Below are positions 39,366 to 53,300 of a stretch of DNA of 64,000 bases, piece after piece. Within the stretch, counting starts at the first letter, position 1; each line of letters starts with the position of its first letter. The notes under the pieces are model-generated. The model was not told the DNA's origin. It saw only the letters and a list, made by a program, of their open reading frames with translations, and ran no database searches. The translations under genes and the position numbers were made by a program. Location: NCBI RefSeq assembly GCF_009914755.1, contig NC_060930.1; one strand, 5' to 3'. This stretch comes from the human T2T-CHM13v2.0 reference genome, Homo sapiens.

Positions 39366-41227
39366 TTGCAGACAAACGTGTTCTCAATGAGTTAAAGAGG
39401 AGACGTTATTCAGAGTATTTATCCCAAAGTAAACATCCCCAACAAACACTGGGAAGACAGCCTCTTGGTCCTAAGTTCATGTTATTTGTCTCCTCTTACA
39501 GATAGAGGTACTCACTTGCTCTAATAAACTCAAAGTAATAGAGTGCTAGAAACAAAGAGGTCTAAGTTAACTCCTTCCTTTTACTGCTAAGGAAACTAAA
39601 TCCCCATAATCTAGAGTGCCTTGCCCAAAATTCTGTGGCTGTCTTCCTCTGATGCCACAAATCTGGGGAAGAAAACTTAAACCCATTGCATCTAGGTGCA
39701 GAATTCCCTGCTTATGCACTGCCTCACTCTTGTGGGGGGCTGAGTGAGCCAGGCTTTCACCACGGAAGGGTGATACTCCAGGACTGGCAATGAGAAATTC
39801 ACTAAGCCACACTCAGGTGGGATATTTGGCAATGCAGTCCTATGTTGCATCACATCCAGTCAGGTTGCAGAGCCAGCAGTGTCCACATTGGCTACGTCCA
39901 GGGAAGCACTTAACACCAAAGCCAGAGCTGTTCCAGGGTTCCAAAACACGCCAAAAGAAACGAAATCCATAGCATTTGATTTAGCAGTGAACACAAAGCA
40001 CGCAATAGTCACTTTTACTTGGATTCACTGATGAGGAGGGCTTGAACACCAAGGTCTTGATAGTGGTATTCCTTCCAATAACGTTGTACCCAAGCCCCAG
40101 CTGAGAGACCTTTAAAGATCTATTTCCTGTTGATTTGGGGGAGAATTCCCAAAGTGCTATAATTTGGTTCCCAGTGCACAGCAAACTCTGTAGCTCAATA
40201 CAAGTTAAGAGATTGTCTGAACCTCTGAGGCACTTAAAGCTTTCCATAGGAGTCAAGATCGGGCACCTGTATTTCTTATGCTTCACCAGTGAAAAGACCA
40301 GGGCAATGGGAGCTCGCACAGACAGTGGCTTCCCCAGGTCCTCCACGGGCCCCACACTTCTTTCCTCCCTGAGCCTGTCACTGCACAAATTAGGTACATG
40401 TTATGGTTGGAGAAAAGTGTGTTATTTTTTATCAGTTTAATTTGGTTTTAATCTTGAGGTGCTTCCCATTCCAAGGTTCTAAAATAACTAAACAGACGTG
40501 AAAAATTGCAGAAATGGCATTTCCAATGGAAAACACAGTAGGATTGTAGGAATGTGGTGTGAAAATGGTTTTTGAAACAGTTCTGGAGTCAGGAAGCCAG
40601 AGTTAGAAAGTGCCAGCAAGGTAAAACCCCAGGCACATTGTACAACAGAACAATAGAAGGCGATTTCTTCCTGTCTCCTATCAACAACACTTGATTCGCT
40701 GATACACACCACCCCTCTCCTTAATGCCTTGGTTAACAAACCAACACACCCATCTTACATAAACTGCCTTACTCAAACCTACACACCCCAAATTTACACT
40801 CGAGTGAGAGATTCTCGTTAGCTGTTTAGAACAAGTCAGCACAATTACTCACATTTTGACTCAAAAGATTCTTCATGCTCAGATGACTTCTTCAAAATGG
40901 GATGGAAGAAATACCACAAAAGGCTGCTTGTGGCATTTGAATGCTGGAGGCTGCTTGGATACATTAGGACAGATACACCTATTTTTTGAAAGTGCTAAAT
41001 CATTAATTAATTTGGCCCCAAGAGATTCACAACTGTATTTTATTTTAAGATCTACCTGATACACACCAGAACACATTTCTTTCCTCTCATACAGTTTTTG
41101 GGATACATAAAAATGAACTCTATTTCCAACAGGCAGAATTTAGACTGTCAGGATTCATCATGTCTTACCCACATGTCACCCACCCGCCTCTCCCTTACAA
41201 AAAATACCCTGGTTGTTCTATGTATAC

Positions 41228-41460
41228 CAGTGGTTTTCAATAGGTAGTGCAATTTTGCCTCCCAGAAAGAACCCCATCAAGGGGACATCTGGCAATGTCT
41301 ACAGACATTTTGGGTCATCACAGTTGAAGGAAGGGGTGCTCCTGGCACTCGGTGGATAGAGGATAGGGATGTTCTAAACATCCTACAGTGCACAGGACAG
41401 TCCCCACTGTAAACATGCAGCCTGCCCCGATGTCACCAGTGTGGACATTGGTAAACCCTG
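41228..41460 (+). mobile_element. MER20
   Basis: cagtggttttcaa...ggggacatctggcaatgtctacagacattttggg...aaacatcctacagtgcacaggacagtcccc. Confidence 0.85.
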
Positions 41461-42041
41461 ACTTACATGTATGGCTGTTATGAACCACACTGTGTAACTG
41501 CTCAAAAACTGGGGGCAGCTGTAGGCTGCATTCACAGCGTCCACCTACCCTGAGAGAGTCCATGTTGTTCATGGATATAGGATTTGCTTCCCACCTTGGG
41601 AGAGAGGAGACCCTCGGCTGCCTGGGGATATGAAAGGAGAGGACACCAGGCTGGGAAGACTCTCTGGGTCCATGCAGGGCGTTGATGGTTCTAGGTAGCT
41701 GGATTTTACTCCAAAGTCTGCCTGGATTCAGGGCCAACTTTCCAACAGAAGCATGGCGTTGGCCTTTCTCTTAGGAAAGACTATTGAAGATGTGAATGAG
41801 AAAAACGTTGGTGATTGAAGGACATCTACCTTCGGGATCTTATGAAATCCGAGTACTATTTTAAATTCTGAAAGAGGCACACTAAGTTTCCTTGGGGCCA
41901 AAAAGTTAATATAAAATATGAAATAAAAGGCAGTAACTGTGTACACTGGTGGGTTCTTTCTGCACACAGGAAGTCATGTCTAAGGTTAGGGTCTTGTCTG
42001 AGCACTGGGTCTTCAATGTTCTAATTTAAAAGTATAATTGA

Positions 42042-42398
<357 letters not shown>

Positions 42399-42496
42399 CT
42401 AGGGTGAGGTTGGAGAAGGGACTCTAGGTAGAAGTACACGGAAAGGTTCAAGGACCAAAAGTGTTCCACACCCTGGAAGCAGGAGAACTACAGGCA

Positions 42497-42624
42497 TGTC
42501 TATGTGTGGGCAGGAAGAAGCCAGAGGAGGCTGTCGGGGGACCGGGAGGACCTCGCCTGCTGTCCATGTGTGGGCAGAAAGAAGCCGGAGGAGGCTGTCG
42601 GGGGACCGGGAGGACCTCGCCTGC
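42497..42624 (+). repeat. tandem duplication, 2 x 64 bp, CpG-containing
   Basis: tgtc(t/c)atgtgtgggcag...ctgtcgggggaccgggaggacctcgcctgc at 42497 and 42561. Confidence 0.95.
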
Positions 42625-43490
42625 CGGCATCTCCCTGACCCAGGCACATCTGCCTGTTCTTTTGAATAGTCCTCATTCTCAGTCTTTCTTCTAAGTGCGC
42701 TGACTGTGGCTCTGTGGACTCATCAGCTTCTTCCACCAACACAAAATGCAATCAACGCATCAGGATTCATGTCGCAGACTCACCCAAAGCCACCTGGGGC
42801 TTTCTAACTTTCTTCATCCGTCTAAGCTTCTGTCGCCTCTTAATCACGCTGGTGTGATTTGGTCACCTCTTAATCCCTTTGGGACACGAAGATAGTTCTC
42901 CCTGATAGAGAGCAGGCTTTCTCCCGTCTCCTGTTAGCAACACATCCTCTGTGATGTCAGAGGCCTGGCCCATCCTCACTCTTCTCGTTGCTCCACCGGT
43001 AGATTTGGAAAACCCCTTTATACCCAGCCGTGCCTCTTTCAGCAGCCTCGCTGCCTGGGAAACTTAGCCTTCCCGGCACTCCCCTGCAGCCTGTGCCTCT
43101 CCAGGCTCTGTCTCTGGTGATGTGCATCCTCTCCCACATTACAGGTTCTTTTTCTATCAAAGCCCATCAGAAAGTTCCCAGTCTGCCCCCTTGGGCTTCT
43201 TTGCACCTCTGAGAGCACAGGTCCTTGGCCATTTAGCCAAGGGACATGGCTTCTAGCCTCTGAGCTCCTCCCCAGCTCTTCACCCCAACGCCTCCCCACC
43301 TCCTTGAAGGTCTGATGGTCAAAATCTACACCTGACAAGGCCCCAGCCAGCCATCACCATCCATCTCAAAAGCCATATACTTCCTTCCATTTGCAGTGTC
43401 TTCTTTGAGGCATCTGGAACCTCAATGACCAGAGAGGAAGGAGAATCCAGGAAAGAAAGGAGGTGCACAAGCTACAGAGGAACCGGGGTT

Positions 43491-44062
43491 GGGAGTGAGG
43501 GAGGTACCCAGCACCCAGTGACACCCAGATGGAGAGTGAGGGAGGTACCCAGCACCCAGTGACACCCGGATGGGGAGTGAAGGAGGTACCCAGCACCCAG
43601 TGACGCCCGGATGGGGAGTGAGGGAGGTACCCAGCACCCAGTGACGCCCGGATGGGGAGTGAGGGAGGTACCCAGCACCCAGTGACGCCCGGATGGGGAG
43701 TGAGGGAGGTACCCAGCACCCAGTGACGCCCGGATGGGGAGTGAGGGAGGTACCGAGCACCCAGTGACGCCCGGATGGGGAGTGAGGGAGGTACCCAGCA
43801 CCCAGTGACGCCCGGATGGGGAGTGAGGGAGGTACCCAGCACCCAGTGACGCCCGGATGGGGAGTGAGGGAGGTACCCAGCACCCAGTGACGCCCGGATG
43901 GGGAGTGAGGGAGGTACCCAGCACCCAGTGATGCCCGGATGGGGAGTGAGGGAGGTACCCAGCACCCAGTGACGCCCGGATGGGGAGTGAGGGAGGTACC
44001 CAGCACCCAGTGACGCCAGGATGGGCAGTGAGGGAGGTACTCAGCACCCAGTGATGCCTGGA
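43491..44062 (+). repeat. 41-bp minisatellite (VNTR), 14 copies, GGGAGTGAGGGAGGTACCCAGCACCCAGTGACGCCCGGATG
   Basis: GGTAC recurs every 41 bp from 43503 to 44036. Confidence 0.99.
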
Positions 44063-45679
44063 CATAGTTCAATCCAGCATCAATGCCCAAGGAGGGGCAG
44101 TGGGCAGGAGAGAGGCGGCCACAGCATTCTGTAGTTCTAGGAAATGGTTCTAGGAAATGACACCACTGCAATCCCCCTCAGTGTGGAGGGTGGTCTTAGG
44201 ACCCACTGAGGAGCATCTCTGTGTCCCATGGGGAGGGACCAATGAAGAGAGCAAAAGTTATCATTTGTGGGGGTCCTAGCCAAGCAGACTGAGTTTCCAG
44301 GTAGGACTCCAGGCCTGGAGTTTCAATCAGCTGTCTTAGATATTATTATTAATAAAGAAGAGAAAACAACTAGCTAGCTGACACTAACAGGGAAAGGCAC
44401 TCCCAATATCCTTTAATATCCTTCTGACTTCCTGAGACAGTTTGGTCCCAGAGATGCCTAAGTCTGTAGTCCCTGCATATCCCTGAATGAGGCTCAGTCA
44501 CCTCAGCAGCCTTAACTGAAAATGCAGCACCTTCCTCCATTCCAAAAATGAAAGTGTTTAGACCAGAACCTACACTCTTAGAAAACATTAGGAACGTTTC
44601 CATGGGTCACCGGGAGAAGTCAGGCTAAGCAGCGCCGTCTGCCTGCTCCCTCTCTGCTCCCTATGTCCCATGAGCTCTTTTGCATGCAGAAATGGGCACA
44701 TGTGCAAAGAAAGCACACAGCTGCACAGTCACACACATCCACTTCTGGGGAATACTGGCAGAAGCTGGCTCATGCTGCAGGCACTGGGGAAGCAGCCTGG
44801 GGCTTTCTTAGAGCACGCATCAGCCTCCAGCTGCACTGGGGGTTCTGAGTCTACACACCTTCTCCCTGCCTTGTCCAGCACTGGGTCAGGCACTATGGAG
44901 TCAAAACCTAGAAAGTGAACAGCATCCACACCATTGCCTGTGCAGGCAAGGATACAAAAGGAGGGAGGCCCCGAGCCTCCAGCACAATGTGGTGTCTGCC
45001 TCCTTAGAATCATGATGTACTGTTTCCCAAGCAGCACTGTGAGAAGCACAGGTACCCTGTGGCATGTTAACAGGTCTTCCTCAGCCTCACTGTGCAACCT
45101 TTAAAGACTCTTTTGGCAGGTAAATTTCAAAATCCCTGCACACACTTTTCTGAGAGAGTTGTTTCCATTTGTACATCAAGGGCGTTGAAAAGTTCCACAG
45201 TAAAAACTCAGCATTTTCCTAGCCTATTTGACAAGAGAGTTTTTTTTTAACCTAGTAGGACATGCTATTTTAGTCTTTATGATACCTAGATAGCTTATTT
45301 TATTTTATTATATTATTTTATTTTATTTTATTTGGGGGAGGTAGACACACATTTATTGCAAACATCCTAAAGTACAAATATATGACACGTAAGAGTGGAT
45401 CTCAACCATATGTAAAACTCTAAATGTCACAGTTGGTGGATTGAAAGATAAGTGTCTAAAAGCAACTTGCTATAGCTACTAAGAGCCATCTGACTGCCAT
45501 CCTGTAGAGGGCAAAAAAAAAAAAAATGCTCACAAAGTACACAAAGTAAACTGCAGCAATAAAATAATCATTATCACCATCATCATCACCATCAGAGATA
45601 AAACAGATCATTGATTACAATACCATCTCAACAATCCACACACAACAGTCAAGTAGTCACCCAAAATGTTTGTTTTTAA

Positions 45680-46293
<614 letters not shown>

Positions 46294-48609
46294 TAGAGAA
46301 AGCCTCCCCTGGCATTCCCTTGGTCTCATGCTGCCTGTTTTTCGGGGTCTGTCTTGTCCCTTCGTAAGCGCCTCATACTGCACTATGAGCTCTCTGAGGA
46401 CCCACGATGCTTAACTAGCTGGAAACAGCCAGTGACACCCATAGACTGCACCCCTTGCGACGTTCTCTCCTCCCACGGGCAGGTGCCCTCCCCTCCAATG
46501 GCTTTATGTCCTCCCGTATCCTCTAAATATTCTGTCTCCCACATTTCATCTTCGCTGTCTACTTTTCAACCTAAGAAATCGGACCCTGGTGCGCCGTCGC
46601 TCGGCAGCATTCGCTTGCTCCCCACAACGCACCTCAGGCCCCTCACCCCATTCATTCTTCTTGGTGTGACGAGCCCTGCACCCCTAGGATTAGGGATAGA
46701 AGGAGGAATAACACGGTTTCCCTGTGAGTTCCCAGCCTGGACAGGGAGTCAGGGCAAGAAAACAGTATGTGGGACAGAAGGAGGAGACAAGGAAGGATGA
46801 AGAGCCGTAGCTGCCCAGAGCATGGGGAAGAGAGAGGTGCCAGCCACCTGGGGGGCCAGGGAGACCCCGTGAGAAGTGGGGCTGATGGAGTTGTAAGGAA
46901 ACAGAGGGAGCAGTGGGTCTGTGGGCCCAGGGGCCAGGTGGACATCGCAGGAGTCCCAGGCTGGAGGTCAAGAGGAAAGACAGGGCTCTGAGAGACGAGC
47001 TGGGCAGGGCCTCACCAGGCTGTGTCCTTGGGAGGGCACGCAGCAGCCTTTGGTGAGGGCCATTCACACTGGGGAAGTGAACCAGTGCACAGCATAAAAA
47101 GATCACTCTGGCCGCTGGGCAGGCAGAGAGCCGCGTGATGAATCAGTCAGGAGCCAGGTGGTGATTGAGATCAGGGGTCCTGGGAGCTCACAGATGGGGG
47201 GAGAGGAGGGACCCCGGGGATGCCTATGGGGGAGCCAGTACCACTGCCCTGGGCTGCCTGAGCAGGATACCTCCCCTCTGGCCTCAAACTGTTTGTTTAT
47301 TCAAAATCACCCTCTTTTCACCCAACGACTCTCCCCTCTGTTGTTCCCCGTTCCCACCGTGATTGTTCTAGTCTCCTGGCCAAGAGCCTTAGGACTGTTC
47401 TGCCTCCTCCCTCACCAAGTCCTGTTAACTCTTCCTCCATAACACCCTTTGCTTCTGTCCCTACTGTGCCCTCCCTGTGCCCCACCCTAGTCCAGCCCCT
47501 GGCACACCCAACCATCCCCACAGTCCCCCTGGGCACCATCTCCTCCCTCCAACCCAAGTAACTCACTCTCCAACTGATGTGGCCTTTAGGTCTGTGTCCC
47601 CATCGCCATATACATCTTTGAGTCCAGCCAAGTCGATCTTCTCACGATTGTCCAATCTGCCCACGTGGACACTGGGGCCCCCACACCTCTTGCCCAGGGT
47701 GCTGTGCCCTCTCTCTGCATAGTCCTGAGGCCCAGCCCAGTGCCACCCTCTTGGTACGACTTCTCCCTCCCTCCCCTGAATACCTGGAGCTCTTACTTTT
47801 GGCTCCATGCCTTGGACCCTCGGCATATACTTTTATGTAGTGTTATTTATCAGCTTTCCATTTAGGTCCTATTGACCAGCTAGACAGTAAGGCCCTGAAA
47901 GACAGAGACTTTATTCTGCATTGAAGCCTCTCCTCCACTAATGAGCACAGTGGGTGCATAATAATGTTGGCAATGGACTCCATGCTTCCCACTGATACTA
48001 GGGTCACTATCGGCCAATCAGGTTCTCCCGTGAGTGAACGTGGCTTTCTGAGCTTCCAACTCCCTGCTGGGAAGTGATGCCTGCAAGAGGGAGAGTCTAG
48101 CTCGTGGACCTTTTCCACAGATAATCTCTGTAAGTACTAGGATTTCTAGTTCTCTAACTTGCTAGAAAACAAGCCGAACTTGATCCGACAAATAGCAGCT
48201 CCTAGAGATTACGTATCATAAGCATCCGTGTTCTAAGCTTGTTGTGAAAATATAATGACACTTACTGAAGGATTATCATTGTTTCGTAACTTTTAATATT
48301 CTCCCATCACACTGAATTAAAAAAAATTCCTCCTTTTTTTCCTTGAAGGATCTTATTCAAGTAGCATTTACGAATGACTGCAATGTTCTCAGTATTGTCC
48401 TAAATGTTTTTGCATTTTGTGATCAGATGTCTTCACAGTTTCAGCAAAACGGGATTGACTGCGCTTTATCGTTTGTATTTGCAGTTTTAATTGAAGCCAG
48501 TCAATGTTAAGTTATAATATAAATTATGTAAATCATACAACCGAATCCACTGGGTTATATTTACACAGGCAACAAAGAAATAATTGTTGAATTAAATATA
48601 CTTTTGGAA

Positions 48610-48730
48610 GCAATGTTGAATTTAAACTTCACTACAACCTTGCAAGGTAGGTTAGTTATTACCTGCACTTACAATGAAAAAACTGAGGCTAACAGAAACC
48701 GAATACCTTGCCCAAGGTTGCACAGCCAGC
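48610..48730. mobile_element. MIR fragment
   Basis: acaatgaaaaaactgaggct...cttgcccaaggttgcacagc. Confidence 0.7.
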
Positions 48731-49474
48731 AAACGGAGCAGAATCAGAGCCCTGCGCAGTCTCTGGCTCCAAGTTTCACTCTTGACTTCCTTCCAGCAGA
48801 TAACCGAAAGAAAAGACTCGGACAGCCCCCTGATCCCAAATTCACCCTCCCTCTTCAAATGAGCCTAGTGGGCAAACCTGGGGCGTGTCGCTCTGCACAG
48901 AGTACACACAGCCACAGCTGTGTCAAAACACAAACCCTAAGTGGGAGATACAAGAAGCTGTGTGGGGCTTCTCCTCCTTCCCCAAGTGAAGAGTCTGCAC
49001 GTGTAAGGTGACAGTGGGGTCCTACTACTGTACAAAGCAAGGCTGGTCACTCCACAGAGAGGACACCAAAACCCTGGCGAGGCCAGTTAGGGCAGGGATT
49101 TGTGAGAGAGGATCGCCTCCTCCAGCCCACTCTCCAAGGAGATGTCTTTGCAGAAACAGACTCAACTTTCTTGAGGGCTTCTGTTCTGCCACCACTCTTA
49201 CCCCATCACATGCTACAAGTCACCTATACTTCATGAGTACATGTGGTCCCAACATTATCCATAAGATAAAGGTACTATAAACAATGCCAGAATCAACCAC
49301 ATTCATTCCATACTACACCCTCAAATCCCAACATAGCCCCTCTTTTTAAATGAGAAAGGGGAAGTATATGAGAACAGCCAGCATAAATAGCTACAGCTCT
49401 CATAACTATATTCTAAAATATAAGTAACTTCTAAAAGATAGCTATTGTTTTAAATACAGTCCTTAGGGCAGCAA

Positions 49475-49535
49475 TATATATATGTACATATATGTATACG
49501 TGTATACATATACATATATGTAAACATATATATAG
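49475..49535 (+). repeat. (TA/CA/TG)n low-complexity microsatellite
   Basis: atatatatatgtacatatatgtatacgtgtatacatatacatatatg. Confidence 0.85.
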
Positions 49536-52500
49536 TCATTGTAAAAAGTCTCTATTTTCAAAGCAAACCTTTTACATAAAGGAAATAGCAGATACTGAGC
49601 TTTAAGCTGGAACCCTGATTGGGAAAATCTGAATTCACATATAAAGAAAGCTATCACTTTAATGTGAGTGATTCACTTATTAAGAAGCAGGAAGCTTGTT
49701 CCTAACAAGAGAACATCTATTCATTGCTCAGACTTAATAATATTCACAGTGTTATTCCTTGTAGTTCTACAATTAGCCATTAGTCATACCATTTTTCTTA
49801 CATAAGAATTATCTAGATTGTATATAAAACATGTATATCCGCATGGTCTTTGATCTGGAGCACCCATCCACACAGGACGAGTAACATATGATTGTGAAAT
49901 TCTAAGAAGGGATGAAATTCTCTGTGATGTTGCAGACATAAAAACCATTAAGTTTTGCTGTGTTATTCAGAGTGGTAGTGCTTTCAGTTTAATTAATGGT
50001 GGTAAATCACTTAGCTGAGTGATTCTTCTAAGGATGACTATTACATTAAGACAAATGGATCTATTCTTAGGTCTGTTAAGTATAGTATGTAAATGGCCTG
50101 AACATTTGATCAAATGAAATGGCTAATCCGCTAAGTGTCCATTGAGAGACTGTTGCAAGAATAATTACAGTACCTGGTCCTATTCATATGCATTTCTGAT
50201 CCTTTTTGAAATCTTATGAAGTTATTAGGATCAACAATACATTGCAACTGAAGTTGTCTAAGGTTTGATAGACAATTGCTTTAAAATACTGCCCAGGACA
50301 CACACACGCACACACACCAAAAAACAAGTAAATTTACTTTCAAAGTGCTTTCTGCATTTGAAGCATTTATCACGGATGTTTGCCTGAGTTCTTGATGTAG
50401 GTCAGCAAGCCCTTCGCTGGAGTAGGGGAGTGAAAGTGAATGAAAAATAGATAGACTAGGGAAGATGCACAGTCTCCCTAACTCTCAGCCTAGCTCATTA
50501 AAATTTATTTAATTTTAGCTTCTCTAAAATTTATGTCTTAGACATCACCTCCTCCAAAAAGTCATTGTTGAGGACCCAAGTTGAGGTCAGATGGCCTCCT
50601 TCATGCTCCCATTGTGCCCTGGGCTTCCTCCATGCAAGCAATAGATGCTAGCGTTTTAGGCAAGTGAATAAGGCATGTCACTGCCCCCAGGAAACCAGCA
50701 GGTAAATATCTACAAAATAATGAGGGCTGTGTTGATCTTGACATAATGGAGGCCAGAAAAAGGGCTGAGCTGGGAGAAATCTGAAAAGGCTTCAGGGAAA
50801 GGCTGGGAAGGTAAGAGTCTAAACAGGAGAATCGGTGTGACCAAAGGTGGGAATAATTAGGACTACTTTCCAAAGAATCCCCTGCAGGCAGCCTCCTGGC
50901 ATGGGCAAAAACTAGGGCAGCCCACAGTGATCTCGGGCAGACTTAGGCCAGAAATGAGTACAGTGTGTAAATGACATCTTAGCATGGGCTAAGGCTGGAA
51001 CCAGAATGGGCTGAGGCTTTCCCCTTGCAGATCCTCTCAGCCATGGCAGAAAGGGTGGAGAGGGCAAGCGGAGGACTGGGCAGAGCTGCACGGACACCTG
51101 GAGTTCTTGTCTGGCCACTTCCCATGTTAGCCTTTTTTCTCAGTTTAGGGAAGTCTTACCTCACGAGTTGTGATGGAAGCCAGGACTGTTCCCACTGCGG
51201 GAAGTTGATCCCTGCCTCCCCTGCAACTAGGGCACAGGAAGGGGACTTGGGCTCTGCCAGTCAGTGTCCTCTCTGGTCTGGCTCAGCAGCTGGCTGTGCA
51301 AAGAAGCAAGAGAAGCCTGGAGCTCTCTGGCGGTAGCTCCCTCTGGTTTGCAGAGGTGGCATTCTTGTGGCCTCCATCACAGGCACAATGGTGTGGTCAT
51401 GAGACCCTGTTTCCAGTCTGTGATGTCATTTTGGAAACTGTTCCCAGCCCTGCAGTCTCTAAGGCTAATGCTCCAGCCCTCCCAGAGAGTCTGTGAGCTA
51501 GCTTTTATTTGTTAATACATTCCTTTTCTAAAATTAGCCCAAGTTGTTTTCCGTTGCGACTGAGAACTTTGCTTGGAGAGAATGGATGCAGCCTTGGAGA
51601 GTGAACTCAGGGCTGTGCTGCTTCTCCCAGGTAAGGTCAGCTGTGGGAAGGGCTTTGCATTCATCCCAGTCAAGCCTGCCTCCAGTTCCTGAAAGAACAG
51701 AGTCCCAGGAAGGAGAAAGCCCTTCTGCCTGCCCATGCCTGGGAAGAAGCAGAGCTGGAGGGTGGGAATTCTGTCCTGCCGCAGTGGGTAGTAGCATGCA
51801 CACAACCCCACTGTCCCTGGGAATGCACAGCAAGGCATCATGCCCCATGCTGCAGGTCCCAATGGGCTCCCCACACCCTCCACTGATCCCATAGCGGGTT
51901 CCCAACAAGTCTTCTCTTTCCTACACTACATTCGTGCAGATGCATATCAGAGCCAGGCCCCTGGAGGCCTGTGGCCCACCTGATTTGCCTCGTGAGTTCT
52001 ATTTACCCTCCCCCATCCTTCTGCCCAAACATTGCCAGAATCCCATTCTTCCAGAGCCCTCGGCTTCTCCTGCCCATGATGCAGAATCCTAGAGTGTCCG
52101 TCAAACTTAGAGGGAACCAGGTCTGATCAAGGTCAAGAGAACATCGGAAATGAGGAGTGGGAAGGGGAACCAGCCCCCACCACACAGGGAACCAGGTCTT
52201 TTAATGACTATGAAAGTCAGTGTGTCTGTGAGAAAGAAGTTGTGGTAATAGAATACAGTATGGAGGTTATCAGGGAAACAAATCTTTCCTTCTGTTGACA
52301 TAAGCCTGTGAAGGGAAGAGAAGAACTATAATCTTGTATCTCCTACATACTCTGTAAAGTACAGATTAATTGTAGTCTCATGAGAGAATTGATTGTCTCT
52401 TACGGATAATTATCCTGAGCACGACAGCTATTAGGTATGACAGTATGTGTCACATCGGATTTGTTGTAAGTTTTATTTCATTACAATACCACGCCTTGTT

Positions 52501-52627
52501 CTTGTGTGTTCTGCCTTCTCTGGTCCTGTTCTTATGCTTATCCGTTCATAGCTTAAAACTCTGAGGTTACATTAGTTTAGCACAGCCAGGTGGGCTCACC
52601 TCCACCTCCCCGGTATCCTCTCCCTCT

Positions 52628-53300
52628 TTCCCCAGCACTAGCCTTCATCTCCATCTGCACATGGGACGGCTTTGGAGAAAGACACTGTATGGAATAAATA
52701 GGTCATAAGGGTTCCCCAGCACTAGCCTTCATCTCCATCTGCACATGGGACGGCTTTGGAGAAAGACAATGTATGGAATAAATAGGTCATAAGGGTTCCC
52801 CAGCACTAGCCTTCATCTCCATCTGCACATGGGATGGCTTTGGAGAAAGACAATGTATGGAATAAATAGGTCATAAGGGTTCCCCAGCACTAGCCTTCAT
52901 CTCCATCTGCACATGGGACGGCTTTGGAGAAAGACAATGTATGGAATAAATAGGTCATAAGGGTTCCCCAGCACTAGACTTCATCTCCATCTGCACATGG
53001 GACGGCTTTGGAGAAAGACACTGTATGGAATAAATAGGTCATAAGGGTTCCCCAGCACTAGCCTTCATCTCTATCTGCACATGGGACGGCTTTGGAGAAA
53101 GACAATGTATGGAATAAATAGGTCATAAGGGTTCCCCAGCACTAGCCTTCATCTCCATCTGCACATGGGACGGCTTTGGAGAAAGACACTGTATGGAATA
53201 AATAGGTCATAAGGGTTCCCCAGCACTAGCCTTCATCTCCATCTGCACATGGGACGGCTTTGGAGAAAGACAATGTATGGAATAAATAGGTCATAAGGGT
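52628..53300 (+). repeat. 84-bp minisatellite (VNTR), 8 copies
   Basis: CCCAGCACTAGCCTTCATCTCCATCTGCACATGGGACGGCTTTGGAGAAAGACA(C/A)TGTATGGAATAAATAGGTCATAAGGGTTC at an exact 84-bp period; only a few substitutions between units. Confidence 0.99.

Noticed and set aside
43366-44171. 197-249-aa ORFs in all three minus frames
   Set aside because: Translations of the 41-bp VNTR with a 41-aa period; being open in all frames indicates an artefact.
52628-53300. Regularly spaced repeats resembling a CRISPR array (also 43491-44062)
   Set aside because: Units are head-to-tail with no unique spacers, there are no cas genes, and the context is primate.
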